NCBI GenBank assembly: GCA_965261475.1
Contig: OZ253454.1
Span: 543,813-607,812 of the forward strand
Length of the DNA stretch: 64,000 nt
Reading direction: 5' to 3'
Source of the DNA: a bacterium
GTDB lineage: Bacteria; SAR324; XYD2-FULL-50-16; G965216635
Within the stretch, counting starts at the first letter, position 1, and each line of letters opens with the position of its first letter. Under the pieces are notes generated by a model that did not search any database, was not told the origin of the DNA, and was given only the letters and a program-made list of their open reading frames with translations. Position numbers and translations under genes: made by a program. Shown here piece after piece: positions 18,412-28,008 of the stretch.

Positions 18412-21264
18412 ATGAGTAAAAAAAAATATTTATTATTGGTTTTAACCTTTATTTTGTTTTCCAATTTAATTGCACAACAAATTGTTATTCCCAAAAATGA
18501 TACTAGAGAGTATAAATCTATTTTACTAAAAAATGGGATTCAAGCTATTTTGATCTCGGATAAAAATACACAGCAAGCAGCAGCTGCTATAGATATTGGA
18601 ATAGGTAGTTTTGAGAATCCTAACAACATGGAAGGATTGGCTCATTTTTTAGAGCATATGTTATTTTTAGGTAATAAAAAATATCCAAAAACTAATGAAT
18701 TCTCTGATTTTTTATCGCAACACGGAGGCTACACTAATGCGTATACTAGCTCTAAAAATACCAATTATCATTTTAGTGTGCATTATGATTATTTAGCAGA
18801 ATCTTTAGATAGGCTAGCAGAGTTTTTTATATCCCCTTTATTTAACGAAGACTATTTGCAAAAAGAAATACAAGCAGTGCATTCTGAATACCAAAAAAAT
18901 CTTTTGTTTGAAGACAAAAGAGCTTTTGCTGTGCTCAAAACAATTAGTAACCCAGACCATCCTTTTGCTAAATTCCACACTGGTAACTTGCAAACTTTAT
19001 CTGCTATTTCTAATATTCGTGAGCAGGTCTTACTTTTTTATAAAAAATATTATATTCCAGATTTAATGAAAGTAGCAGTTATAGGCAGGGAAAGCTTGGC
19101 TGATTTAGAAAAACTAGTAAAAGTAAAATTCGGTAAAATACCTCAGAGTCAAAGTAAAATTAAATTGCCTCTTAAGCGTTACAATAAAAGAGTCTACAAC
19201 AAGGAAAATACTCCAGCATTTGTACAAATTCAATCTTTGAAGAATATTCGTAAACTGAATTTGATCTTTGAAATAGATTCTACAAAAAAATTTTTTGATA
19301 AAAAAGCAACCTATTATGTAGCGAGCCTTGCAGGTAATGAAAGCAAAGGAACAATACTCTCTTTTCTCAAAGAAAAAGGATGGGCGGTATCCCTGACAGC
19401 TGGTGTGTCTATAGAACATATTAAAACTGATTTTTTTAGCTTAGATATAGAATTAACTCTTGAAGGAGAAAAAAATATTAAGCAAATTATCAAGGTTGTT
19501 TTTGACTATTTAGCTTTGATCAAAGAAGCAGGTGTAGTAAAATGGCGGTTTGAAGAAATGAAAGAAATTGCGAATTTAAATTTTCATCATAAAGATATTT
19601 TTTCTCCTTTATCTTTGGTGAGCTATCTTTCTGCTCAAGCCCAGTATTATAAACCTAAAAATCTTCTGAATGCTAGTTGGAAGTTTGGGAAGTTTGACAA
19701 GCAAGCTATCTATCAAGTTTTAGACCAACTAGTAGTAGATAATTTAAAAGTTATTTATACAACACCACACAACATTCCATTACCTAAAAAAGATAAATGG
19801 TATAGTACTTCTTACAGAATTTATCCTATTACCCCTAGTGATAAATTTTATTGGAAAACAAGCAAAAACAAAAATAAGAATTTATTTTTGCCAATAAAAA
19901 ATACCTACTTGCTGTCTAAAATTCCTCGTATTTCTCAAGGAGGTCTAAAAGGTGTATTGCAAAAATTGCCTTTTAAAAAAGTAGCAGCCTATCATGTCAA
20001 AGATACTAGTTTTCAAGTACCAAAAATTAAGTTATATTTAGATATTTTAACTCCCGATGCTTATTCTAACCCCAAAAATTCAAGTTTTACTAGAATTTAT
20101 GCTAGTCTCCTGCGAGATACTTTTGCTCAAGAATTATATCTAGCGTCTCTACTAGATTATAGCGTCAAAATTCATTCTGGCGTTACAGGATTGTCTTTAG
20201 AGTTAACAGGATACCCTGAAAAAATGGAATTTTTTACTTTGCAAGTATTGAAAATTCTTACTAAAACTAAATTTACAAACGAGCACTTTAATTTATTTCG
20301 ACAAAAAATCAAGGAGTATTGGGAAAACCTCAATCTTTCTCCAGCTTATAGGTTAGCAACCTATGAGTTTCAGCAATTTACTAAAAAACCATTCTGGTAT
20401 TACGAAGATTATCTATCGGTTTTAGATACCCTATCTTATCAAGAATTTGTTGATTTTCAGAGCAATTTTTTTCGTTCTTTAGCAATAGAATTTTTTGTTT
20501 ATGGCAATATACAAAAAAAAGAGGCTACATATTTTATAAAAAAAATTTTAGCAAATATAGAATTTATTCCTTTGAGCACAAAACCTACAGAAAGCATTAT
20601 TCAGTTACCTCGAGGTGCTAATTATTTTTTTCAAAGACAATCTCAAGACATCAATTCAGCTATTATTACTTCGTACCAAGCTCAAGAAAAGACAGCAAGT
20701 GTTGAGGTTAAGATGAATTTATTAGAAAATATTATTAAAAGTAAATTTTATGATTTTATTCGTACTAAACGTCAACTAGGCTATTTGGTTTGGTCGTACT
20801 ATACAGGTATCAGACAAAGCAATTCTTTTTTATTTGTTGTACAATCTGCTGTAGCTAATCCCTCGAGCTTGCAAGGTCAAATTAACGAATTTTTAAATAG
20901 TTTTGAGCAAGAACTAACAGATTTAAATAAGCAAGAATTTACGAACATTGTAACCGGCTTGCATCAAATCTATGAGCAAAAACCAGAAAATTTTGCAGAT
21001 TCTAGTAATTTTTATTATAGTGCTATTCAACAAAAAGATTATCTGTTGAAAAGAAAAAAAATTTTACAAAAGGAACTACAAACAATCAAGAAGCATGATT
21101 TATTAGAGTTTTATAGAGCATTATTCCTTGATCAGAATACTAGATTTTTTGCGATACATATTTTAGGGAAGGATACAAGCAATACAAACAATCTGATTGA
21201 TAGTAAAGAAATTATTGATAGAAGTATTTTTAAAAGTAGTCAAAAATATATCTCTATTCCTTAA
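18412..21264 (+). CDS. M16-family zinc metallopeptidase (pitrilysin/insulinase-like), secreted
   Basis: Signal peptide. Inverted zinc motif HFLEHMLF (HxxEH) about 75 aa in. 950 aa with both active and inactive M16 halves, like protease III. Confidence 0.85.
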   Translation: MSKKKYLLLVLTFILFSNLIAQQIVIPKNDTREYKSILLKNGIQAILISDKNTQQAAAAIDIGIGSFENPNNMEGLAHFLEHMLFLGNKKYPKTNEFSDFLSQHGGYTNAYTSSKNTNYHFSVHYDYLAESLDRLAEFFISPLFNEDYLQKEIQAVHSEYQKNLLFEDKRAFAVLKTISNPDHPFAKFHTGNLQTLSAISNIREQVLLFYKKYYIPDLMKVAVIGRESLADLEKLVKVKFGKIPQSQSKIKLPLKRYNKRVYNKENTPAFVQIQSLKNIRKLNLIFEIDSTKKFFDKKATYYVASLAGNESKGTILSFLKEKGWAVSLTAGVSIEHIKTDFFSLDIELTLEGEKNIKQIIKVVFDYLALIKEAGVVKWRFEEMKEIANLNFHHKDIFSPLSLVSYLSAQAQYYKPKNLLNASWKFGKFDKQAIYQVLDQLVVDNLKVIYTTPHNIPLPKKDKWYSTSYRIYPITPSDKFYWKTSKNKNKNLFLPIKNTYLLSKIPRISQGGLKGVLQKLPFKKVAAYHVKDTSFQVPKIKLYLDILTPDAYSNPKNSSFTRIYASLLRDTFAQELYLASLLDYSVKIHSGVTGLSLELTGYPEKMEFFTLQVLKILTKTKFTNEHFNLFRQKIKEYWENLNLSPAYRLATYEFQQFTKKPFWYYEDYLSVLDTLSYQEFVDFQSNFFRSLAIEFFVYGNIQKKEATYFIKKILANIEFIPLSTKPTESIIQLPRGANYFFQRQSQDINSAIITSYQAQEKTASVEVKMNLLENIIKSKFYDFIRTKRQLGYLVWSYYTGIRQSNSFLFVVQSAVANPSSLQGQINEFLNSFEQELTDLNKQEFTNIVTGLHQIYEQKPENFADSSNFYYSAIQQKDYLLKRKKILQKELQTIKKHDLLEFYRALFLDQNTRFFAIHILGKDTSNTNNLIDSKEIIDRSIFKSSQKYISIP

Positions 21265-21907
21265 AATCTCTGTAGAATTTAACCAAAATTTGCTCCCATA
21301 ATAACACAACTTTTTTTGTTAATTGCTCTTTGCTAGGAGTATCAGAGAAACGATAATAATTATTTGCAAACCAAACAAGCTCTTTGTTTTTTATATCTAC
21401 CAAACTTATTCTCAAAAAAATTAGATTGTTTTCTGCACAAGTTTTACAAGCCCAAAATAAAATTTGGGGCAATAAAAGTAGTTCTCCATATTTTATTTGT
21501 GAGATGGATTCTACAAGATCTTTGTTTACTCTAAAAGAAAAATAAAAATCTTCTAGGAATAACTTGTTTTGATTTTGAAAATTTTTTCTTTTTTGTGGCT
21601 CAAAATCTGCTTCGTATGTTATTTTGAGTATAGTAGATTTAGCTAGCGAGTCTTTAATTTGTTGGTCTAAAACTTCAGTAATTTTGTTATCTACTTCTTT
21701 TTCGCTAAAAACTTTAAGTAATAAAATTTGTTTTTCTCTTAAAAAGTTTTTTTGTTTTTTTGGGCTAATAGATTCTTTTTGACCTGTGAGCTCATTTAGC
21801 TGTAATTCTCTATCTAGGGGCTCTACCCAAGTTGAAGCTGCATTATAGACACAAGCCCCAAAAAATAAATTACACAAACAAACAACAATAATTTTTTGTT
21901 TAAACAT
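21254..21907 (-). CDS. Hypothetical exported protein
   Basis: 217 aa. N-terminal signal or lipoprotein-like peptide (MFKQKIIVVCLCNLFFGAC). Start overlaps the murG stop by 8 nt. No recognisable domain. Confidence 0.55.
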   Translation of the reverse strand: MFKQKIIVVCLCNLFFGACVYNAASTWVEPLDRELQLNELTGQKESISPKKQKNFLREKQILLLKVFSEKEVDNKITEVLDQQIKDSLAKSTILKITYEADFEPQKRKNFQNQNKLFLEDFYFSFRVNKDLVESISQIKYGELLLLPQILFWACKTCAENNLIFLRISLVDIKNKELVWFANNYYRFSDTPSKEQLTKKVVLLWEQILVKFYRDFKE

Positions 21908-23009
21908 TTATTTGTTTTTGAAAGAAATGGACAATTTTAGAATAAATTTTTTCGCTAGCGTTTCCTTGATAATAATTAGTCGCTAGTTTTTCTCTTGCTT
22001 TTAATTCTGTTTTATTTTTAAAAAGTGTTTTAATAATTTTTACTAATTTATTGCCATTGGCATCTTTTTCTTCTAGTAAAACACACCCTCCATATTTTGT
22101 TAATTGCAAGGCATTTTTTTTTTGATGGTCTCCGCTAGAGTTGGCGATAGGAATCAGTATACCAATACGTCCTGCTGCCATCATTTCAAAAACACCAGCA
22201 CCAGAGCGACAAATAAAAAGATTGGTATTTTGATAGATTGTTACCATGTCGTCAAAAAAAATTTTTACCGAGTAGTCAAAATTATTTTTTTGATAATAAT
22301 TTTGTAATTTTTTATAATCTCGAATACCACTTTGGTGCACTATCTTAATTTTTTGCTGCAGAACTCCTAACTTGGATAAGGCGGCAGTTACAAAGTTGTT
22401 GACTATTTGTGAGCCTCCACTACCTCCTAAAATTGTGATTTGAAATTTATCTTTGTTTTGATGGCTGTTATTTTTCCAAAGAGCATGAATTGCAGGACGA
22501 ATGGGATTGCCTACGATGACAGGTGTTTTAAAAAAATTGTAATTATCGCGATACACTAAAAAACTTAAATGAGCATATTTTCCTAAAAAACGATTCGTAA
22601 TGCCAGGATAAGCATTTTGCTCTTGAATAAAAAATTTTTGTTTTAATAAAATACAAGCAAGCAAGAAGGGACCAGAGGAGTAGCCTCCTACACCCAACAC
22701 AAAATCTGGTTTCCAACGCAAGATCCAAAAAACAGAGCGAAGCATAGCAATTGGAATTAATATTAGTGAAATAATTTTTTTAAAAATTCCAGCTCGGTAA
22801 AGCCCTATTGCAGGTAGTGTATGCAAAGTATAATTGCTTTTTGGGATAATTTGTTTCTCTATTCCTTTTTTGGTACCAATAAACCTAATTTGACATTTTG
22901 GATGTAGTTTATAAAAATAGTGAGCTATTGCTAAACCAGGGAAAAGATGTCCTCCTGTACCTCCTCCCGCTATAACTATAGATTGAAATTCTTTTTTTAA
23001 TATACCCAC
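21900..23009 (-). CDS. murG: Undecaprenyldiphospho-muramoylpentapeptide beta-N-acetylglucosaminyltransferase MurG
   Basis: N-terminal GGGTGGHLFPGLAIA signature. GT28 fold, 369 aa. Confidence 0.85.
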   Translation of the reverse strand: MGILKKEFQSIVIAGGGTGGHLFPGLAIAHYFYKLHPKCQIRFIGTKKGIEKQIIPKSNYTLHTLPAIGLYRAGIFKKIISLILIPIAMLRSVFWILRWKPDFVLGVGGYSSGPFLLACILLKQKFFIQEQNAYPGITNRFLGKYAHLSFLVYRDNYNFFKTPVIVGNPIRPAIHALWKNNSHQNKDKFQITILGGSGGSQIVNNFVTAALSKLGVLQQKIKIVHQSGIRDYKKLQNYYQKNNFDYSVKIFFDDMVTIYQNTNLFICRSGAGVFEMMAAGRIGILIPIANSSGDHQKKNALQLTKYGGCVLLEEKDANGNKLVKIIKTLFKNKTELKAREKLATNYYQGNASEKIYSKIVHFFQKQINV

Positions 23010-23195
23010 AAAATATTAATTTTTTTTGATCTAGAGTGTCTCTAAGTTCTATATTAACTCAAGTTTATATGTCATAAAAGCAATATTTAATATCTACTTA
23101 CATATGCTAACAAGTCTAGTTGTATGTTGTAACTGATAGGGCTCTACTAACAAAAATTGTAGATTGATAGCATTAGTGCTAATAATTAGTTAGTA

Positions 23196-23912
23196 TCAAA
23201 TAGTGTAAAATAAATTATAAGAAGTTTTCCTATCGTAAAAATCTTCTTTTTCTATTTTTTTTAATAAATGAATAACAAAATAAGTTATAGGAATTAAGAC
23301 AATTTCTATCAGTAATTTAGCGACGATAATAGTGATAAGTAGATTCCAAAATATCTCCCAAGAAAATACTCTAAGTAAAGTAGCAATAAAAATAAAAACA
23401 AAACTATCTAAAAATTGTCCGATTAAACTGCTACCGATCATACGAAGCACCAACCACTTGCCTTCAGTAACGACTTTGAGTTTTGATAAAACTATAGCGT
23501 TGGCAAATTCTCCACAAAGATAAGCTAAAAGACTAGCAATCATAATTCCTCCGCTAGCAACAGCCCCTAAAATCAAGTTGTAGGAGTTTTGACCTACTTG
23601 CTCTTGCCAGTGTTTTTCAGCAGGAAGCAGCCCCACAAAGTAAACAGAAAGTACAAAGATTACGGATGCAAAGAAACCTATCCAAATAATTTTTTTTGTT
23701 TGTTGGTATCCGTAGACCTCGGTTAGTAAATCTCCAATAATATAACAAAGAGGGAACAAAAAGGTACCAGCGTCTATAATAAACGCAAACCCAAAAACAC
23801 TTATTCCTAAATCTACAATTTTTGCTGAAGATAGCAAGTTACTGGTAATTAATGATGCTACAAAAAGCCCACAAAGTAAGTTTAAATATTTGTATTGCTT
23901 CTTTGTATTCAT
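23196..23912 (-). CDS. Queuosine-precursor transporter (YhhQ/Vut_1 family)
   Basis: 238 aa, 6 TM, conserved DAGTFLFPLCYIIGDLLTEVYGY block. Confidence 0.75.
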   Translation of the reverse strand: MNTKKQYKYLNLLCGLFVASLITSNLLSSAKIVDLGISVFGFAFIIDAGTFLFPLCYIIGDLLTEVYGYQQTKKIIWIGFFASVIFVLSVYFVGLLPAEKHWQEQVGQNSYNLILGAVASGGIMIASLLAYLCGEFANAIVLSKLKVVTEGKWLVLRMIGSSLIGQFLDSFVFIFIATLLRVFSWEIFWNLLITIIVAKLLIEIVLIPITYFVIHLLKKIEKEDFYDRKTSYNLFYTI

Positions 23913-23919
23913 GTCTTTG

Positions 23920-24954
23920 CTAGGGTGTAGGATTGGAATTTTTACTGTGTAATAATTCTATTTTTTTCAAGATTTCATCAGTGAGTTTCAAATCAATAGC
24001 AGTTATATTGCTTTTTAATTGTTGCATAGTGGTAGCTCCTATAATATTTGCACCTACAAAGAATCTGCTATTGACAAAAGCTAGTGCCATTTGTGCTGGA
24101 TCTAGGTTGTACTCTTTGGCTAACTTACAATATTGCTCTGTCATTTGAATTCCCATGGGATTGGTATATCTTTGAAACTCTGGATATAGAGTTAGTCTAG
24201 CAGTTGGTGGTTGTTGTTTGTGTAGATATTTGCCACTCAACACTCCAAAAGCCAAAGGCGAATATGCAAGTAAATCTATATTTTCTCTGTAAGAAAATTC
24301 TGAAAGACCTACCTCAAAAGTCCTATTTAATAAGCTGTAAGGGTTTTGTATAGAAATAATTTTTGCTAATTTGTGTTGTTTACTAAGAGTTAAAAACTGA
24401 CTAACCCCCCATGGTGTTTCATTAGACACTCCAATATAACGAACTTTTCCTTGTTTGACCAAAGCATCTAAAGCTGTAAGAGCTTCTAAAATATCTGGAG
24501 TCTGTGCTTCGTTTTTATCTGGACAAAAATCTAATTTAGCAAAAATATTTGTTGTTCTTGTTGGCCAATGAAGTTGATAAAGGTCAATATAATCGGTTTG
24601 CAATCTTTTTAAACTAGCTTCTGCTGCTGCAAAAATTTGTTGTTTTGTCAATTTACTTCCAGAGCGAATATAAGGAATTCCTTTTCCTACCACCTTGGTA
24701 GCTAACACTACCTTTTTTCTGTTTTTTCGTTTTTGAAACCAATTACCAATAATGGTTTCTGTAGCACCATAAGTATGTTTTTTTGTAGGTACAGAATACA
24801 TCTCAGCAGTATCAAAGAAATTAATACCTTGTGCTAAGGCGTAATCCATTTGCTCAAACCCTTCTGTTTGTGTATTTTGTTCTCCATAAGTCATAGTACC
24901 CAAGCAAATCAAACTAACTTTTAAATTAGTATCTCCTAGCTTTTTATATTTCAT
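23920..24954 (-). CDS. Aldo/keto reductase (Tas-like NADPH-dependent oxidoreductase)
   Basis: MKYKKLGDTNLKVSLICLGTMTYG...FFDTAEMY. 344 aa, AKR catalytic tetrad region. Confidence 0.85.
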   Translation of the reverse strand: MKYKKLGDTNLKVSLICLGTMTYGEQNTQTEGFEQMDYALAQGINFFDTAEMYSVPTKKHTYGATETIIGNWFQKRKNRKKVVLATKVVGKGIPYIRSGSKLTKQQIFAAAEASLKRLQTDYIDLYQLHWPTRTTNIFAKLDFCPDKNEAQTPDILEALTALDALVKQGKVRYIGVSNETPWGVSQFLTLSKQHKLAKIISIQNPYSLLNRTFEVGLSEFSYRENIDLLAYSPLAFGVLSGKYLHKQQPPTARLTLYPEFQRYTNPMGIQMTEQYCKLAKEYNLDPAQMALAFVNSRFFVGANIIGATTMQQLKSNITAIDLKLTDEILKKIELLHSKNSNPTP

Positions 24955-24982
24955 AAATTGATTTTATAGACAATATTTTATT

Positions 24983-25064
24983 TGCGAGTAGGGAGATTTG
25001 AACTCCCATAGCTTTCGCTACTGCCCCCTCAAGACAGCGTGTATACCAATTCCACCATACTCGC
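24983..25064 (-). tRNA. tRNA-Leu (anticodon GAG)
   Basis: On the minus strand: GCGAGTA acceptor, anticodon stem CTGTC/GGCAG with loop TTGAGGG, long variable arm (class II), T-arm GAGTTCAAATCTC. Confidence 0.85.
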
Positions 25065-25318
25065 ATCATCATTTTAGTATGACTAGTTTTTTTAAAAAAT
25101 CAACTCAATGAACTTGAAAGTAGTTTTTATTCCAATTTACGCTCTTAATTTAGAGTAGTTCATCATCTATGCTATAGACTACAAGCATATATTTTAAATA
25201 CTATCGTTATTTTGGTTTTATTTTTCTTTAGAAATTTTACCAGTAGAACGGTAAGGAACTTGCTTAGCCTAGTTTGTCTACTAGGTAGAATATATGTGTT
25301 ATTTTTATAAAATTATCT

Positions 25319-25350
25319 AATCCTAATGTGCTCTTAGGATTTTTTATTTT
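25319..25350 (+). terminator. Rho-independent terminator-like hairpin (plus-strand orientation)
   Basis: AATCCTAA (25319-25326), 7-nt loop, TTAGGATT (25334-25341), then TTTTTATTTT. Confidence 0.5.
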
Positions 25351-25362
25351 GGTTTGTAGCGG

Positions 25363-25602
25363 TTAGACGATATCTTTTAGAGTAAGTCCTCGTTTTTTTA
25401 GATATTGCATTAAACCTAGTTTATCTATACAGCGCAATGCATGACAAGAAATTCTTACTTTGATAAATTTATTTAACTCTCCTACATAAATTTTTTTCCA
25501 ATGCAAATTAGGCATTTGCCTCATTTTTGTCTTGTTATTAGCGTGGGAAACCTTATTCCCTACCAAAGGGCGTTTGTTAGAAATACGACACTTAGTTGAC
25601 AT
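25363..25602 (-). CDS. rpmB: 50S ribosomal protein L28
   Basis: MSTKCRISNKRPLVGNKVSHANNKTKMRQMPNLH... matches the 78-aa E. coli-type L28. Confidence 0.9.
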   Translation of the reverse strand: MSTKCRISNKRPLVGNKVSHANNKTKMRQMPNLHWKKIYVGELNKFIKVRISCHALRCIDKLGLMQYLKKRGLTLKDIV

Positions 25603-25755
25603 TTGATAGTTACAAAATGTATTTTAGAAGGCTATTAGCAACTTACTTACGACAATTACGATTGTTAATAAAAATTATATTTTTGTCAAGGCTTTAGTTG
25701 CTTTTTTTTTATTAATTTTGTAGATTTACAACATATAATTTAGTAATTTAGCATC

Positions 25756-26097
25756 GTGAAAAAAAAATTAATTTCGTGGGAAGATTTTGAAAAAATAGAT
25801 TTTAGGATTGGTACAATTACAAAAGTAGAAGTTAACAAAGCAGCTCGAAAACCAGCTTATAAATTATGGTTAGATTTTGGAGTACTAGGAGAAAAAATTT
25901 CTTCGGGGCAATTTACAACTCTCTATAAACCTCAGGATTTAATTGGTAAACAAGCTATTTGTGTTATGAATTTTCCCATCAAAAAAATAGCAGGTTTAGC
26001 ATCGGAAGTATTAGTTACTGGCTTGTATGGTAAAGATGGAGACATTGCGCTTGCCACTCCTGATAAATTTGTACTTAACGGCTCAAAATTAGGATAG
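25756..26097 (+). CDS. tRNA-binding protein (CsaA/YgjH, Myf domain)
   Basis: 113 aa. FEKIDFRIGTI...KLWLDFG matches the OB-fold tRNA-binding domain of CsaA. Confidence 0.75.
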   Translation: MKKKLISWEDFEKIDFRIGTITKVEVNKAARKPAYKLWLDFGVLGEKISSGQFTTLYKPQDLIGKQAICVMNFPIKKIAGLASEVLVTGLYGKDGDIALATPDKFVLNGSKLG

Positions 26098-26101
26098 ATA
26101 A

Positions 26102-26728
26102 ATGGGAGAAGTAACACAGATAAAGCATCCCCTATTGTTACATAAACTAGGGTTGATGAGAAAAAGAGAAACTACTTCACAGGATTTTCGTATGCTATTG
26201 GAAGAAATTTCTGTGTTTTTAGCTTATGAAATTACTAGAGACGCTCCTAGTGCATTACACAAAATTAAAACTCCACTAGAAAGCATGCAAGCGCCATTTT
26301 TAATAGAAAAATTTGTATTGGTTTCTATTTTGCGAGCCGGAGAAGGTTTGTTGAGGGGGATGATGAAAATACTACCTAATGCCAAAGTAGGGCATATAGG
26401 AATTTACCGTAACCCTGATACATTACAGGCAGTAGAGTACTATTTTAAAATGCCTAAAGATTTAGAAAATAGCAAAATTATTTTATTAGACCCTATGCTT
26501 GCTACTGGGAATTCTGCTGTTTATGCTATAGAAAGGTTAAAAAAACTCATCAATCTTCCTATCAAGTTTGTCTCTTTGTTATCATCACCAAATGGTATCA
26601 AATATTTAACCAGCAAATACCCTGATGTAGATATTTTAACTGTTTTTGTAGATAGAGAGTTAAATCAACAAGGTTATATTTTACCAGGTTTAGGTGACGC
26701 AGGAGATAGGATGTTTCATACAAAATAA
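26102..26728 (+). CDS. upp: Uracil phosphoribosyltransferase
   Basis: 208 aa. PRPP-binding LLDPMLATGNSA and the conserved C-terminal YI.PGLGDAGDR.F. Confidence 0.9.
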   Translation: MGEVTQIKHPLLLHKLGLMRKRETTSQDFRMLLEEISVFLAYEITRDAPSALHKIKTPLESMQAPFLIEKFVLVSILRAGEGLLRGMMKILPNAKVGHIGIYRNPDTLQAVEYYFKMPKDLENSKIILLDPMLATGNSAVYAIERLKKLINLPIKFVSLLSSPNGIKYLTSKYPDVDILTVFVDRELNQQGYILPGLGDAGDRMFHTK

Positions 26729-26733
26729 CCAAG

Positions 26734-27888
26734 GTGGATAAGTATTCTGTAGAAAACCTTGAATTAGCTCAAAAAAAAGTTTTTTTACGTGTAGATTTTA
26801 ATCTACCATTAGATACAAACAATCAATTTTCAGACCTCACAAGACTAGTAGCAAGCTTGCCTACTATACAATATTTATTGGAAAAAGGAGCTAGCATAGC
26901 TATTTTTTCACACCTTGGTAGACCTCAGGGTAAAGAAACTAGGTTATCTTTAGAGCCACTAGCTACAATTTTAGCAAAAAAATTAACAAAAAAAGTTTTT
27001 TTTTGTCCTAGCATGAGTATAAGGAATATCAAAGAAGCTATCTCAAATAACAAAATAGTTTTGGTAGAAAATACAAGGTTTGTCCCAGAAGAGCAAAATC
27101 CAAATCAAGAATTTTGTAGAGCATTAGCTAGACTCTTTGATCACTATGTCAATGATTCTTTTGGCACTGCCCATAGAAAAGAAGCTTCAAATTATGCTAT
27201 TGCTCGTTGTTTTAAAACACCAGCGTGTGGCTTGCTGATCAAAAAAGAGTTAGCAAATATGTCTTTTTTACTCAACATTCCGCCGACGCCATTTATAGCT
27301 ATTTTGGGCGGCTCAAAACTTAAAGATAAAATAGCTGCTATTCAAAATTTAATCAATTTGGTAGATAAATTACTTTTAGGAGGTGGGATGGCTTATACTT
27401 TTTTACAAATACTAGGAAAACCAATAGGTAGATCTATTGTAGATAAAGAGCATTTTTCTACTGTAGAAAAACTATTAAAAAATTACCAAGAAAAAATTAT
27501 TCTTCCTCAAGACCATTTGGTAGCAAGTAAAATAGGAGCCGAAACAACCTATGTCCAAGAAATTCCTACAAACAAGATGGGAGTGGATATTGGGCGGCGA
27601 ACTATCTTGCAATACGTAGAGTTAATTCACACAGCAAAAACTATTTTTTGGAATGGACCGCTGGGAGTGTTTGAAGTTGCTGCTTGTGCTAATGGCACTT
27701 TTTCTGTAGCTAGGGCGGTTGCGTCTAGTGATGCTGTTCAATTTATTGGAGGAGGAGATTCTATTTTAGCAATCAATAAATTAAATTTAGTTAATAAAAT
27801 TCGTCACCTCTCTACCGGAGGTGGTGCTGCAATAGAATTTGTTTCAGGTAAAATTTTACCAGCTATTGAAGTGTTGAAGGATTTATAA
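26734..27888 (+). CDS. pgk: Phosphoglycerate kinase
   Basis: VFLRVDFNLP N-terminal motif and full PGK two-domain length (384 aa). GTG start as called. Confidence 0.9.
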   Translation: MDKYSVENLELAQKKVFLRVDFNLPLDTNNQFSDLTRLVASLPTIQYLLEKGASIAIFSHLGRPQGKETRLSLEPLATILAKKLTKKVFFCPSMSIRNIKEAISNNKIVLVENTRFVPEEQNPNQEFCRALARLFDHYVNDSFGTAHRKEASNYAIARCFKTPACGLLIKKELANMSFLLNIPPTPFIAILGGSKLKDKIAAIQNLINLVDKLLLGGGMAYTFLQILGKPIGRSIVDKEHFSTVEKLLKNYQEKIILPQDHLVASKIGAETTYVQEIPTNKMGVDIGRRTILQYVELIHTAKTIFWNGPLGVFEVAACANGTFSVARAVASSDAVQFIGGGDSILAINKLNLVNKIRHLSTGGGAAIEFVSGKILPAIEVLKDL

Positions 27889-28008
27889 AGTATTCAAACT
27901 TGTAATAAATTGTAAATTAATGTAGCAAACAATATGAATATACTATATTATAGTGCTTATGCTTATTGAATTTTAAGTCTAGATAATAAATTAAGGAGAT
28001 TAAATATA

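Noticed and set aside
24955-25362. Possible integrated element adjacent to tRNA-Leu(GAG)
   Set aside because: tRNA-Leu genes are common integration sites. No integrase, direct repeat of the tRNA 3' end, or phage or IS gene is present on either side.
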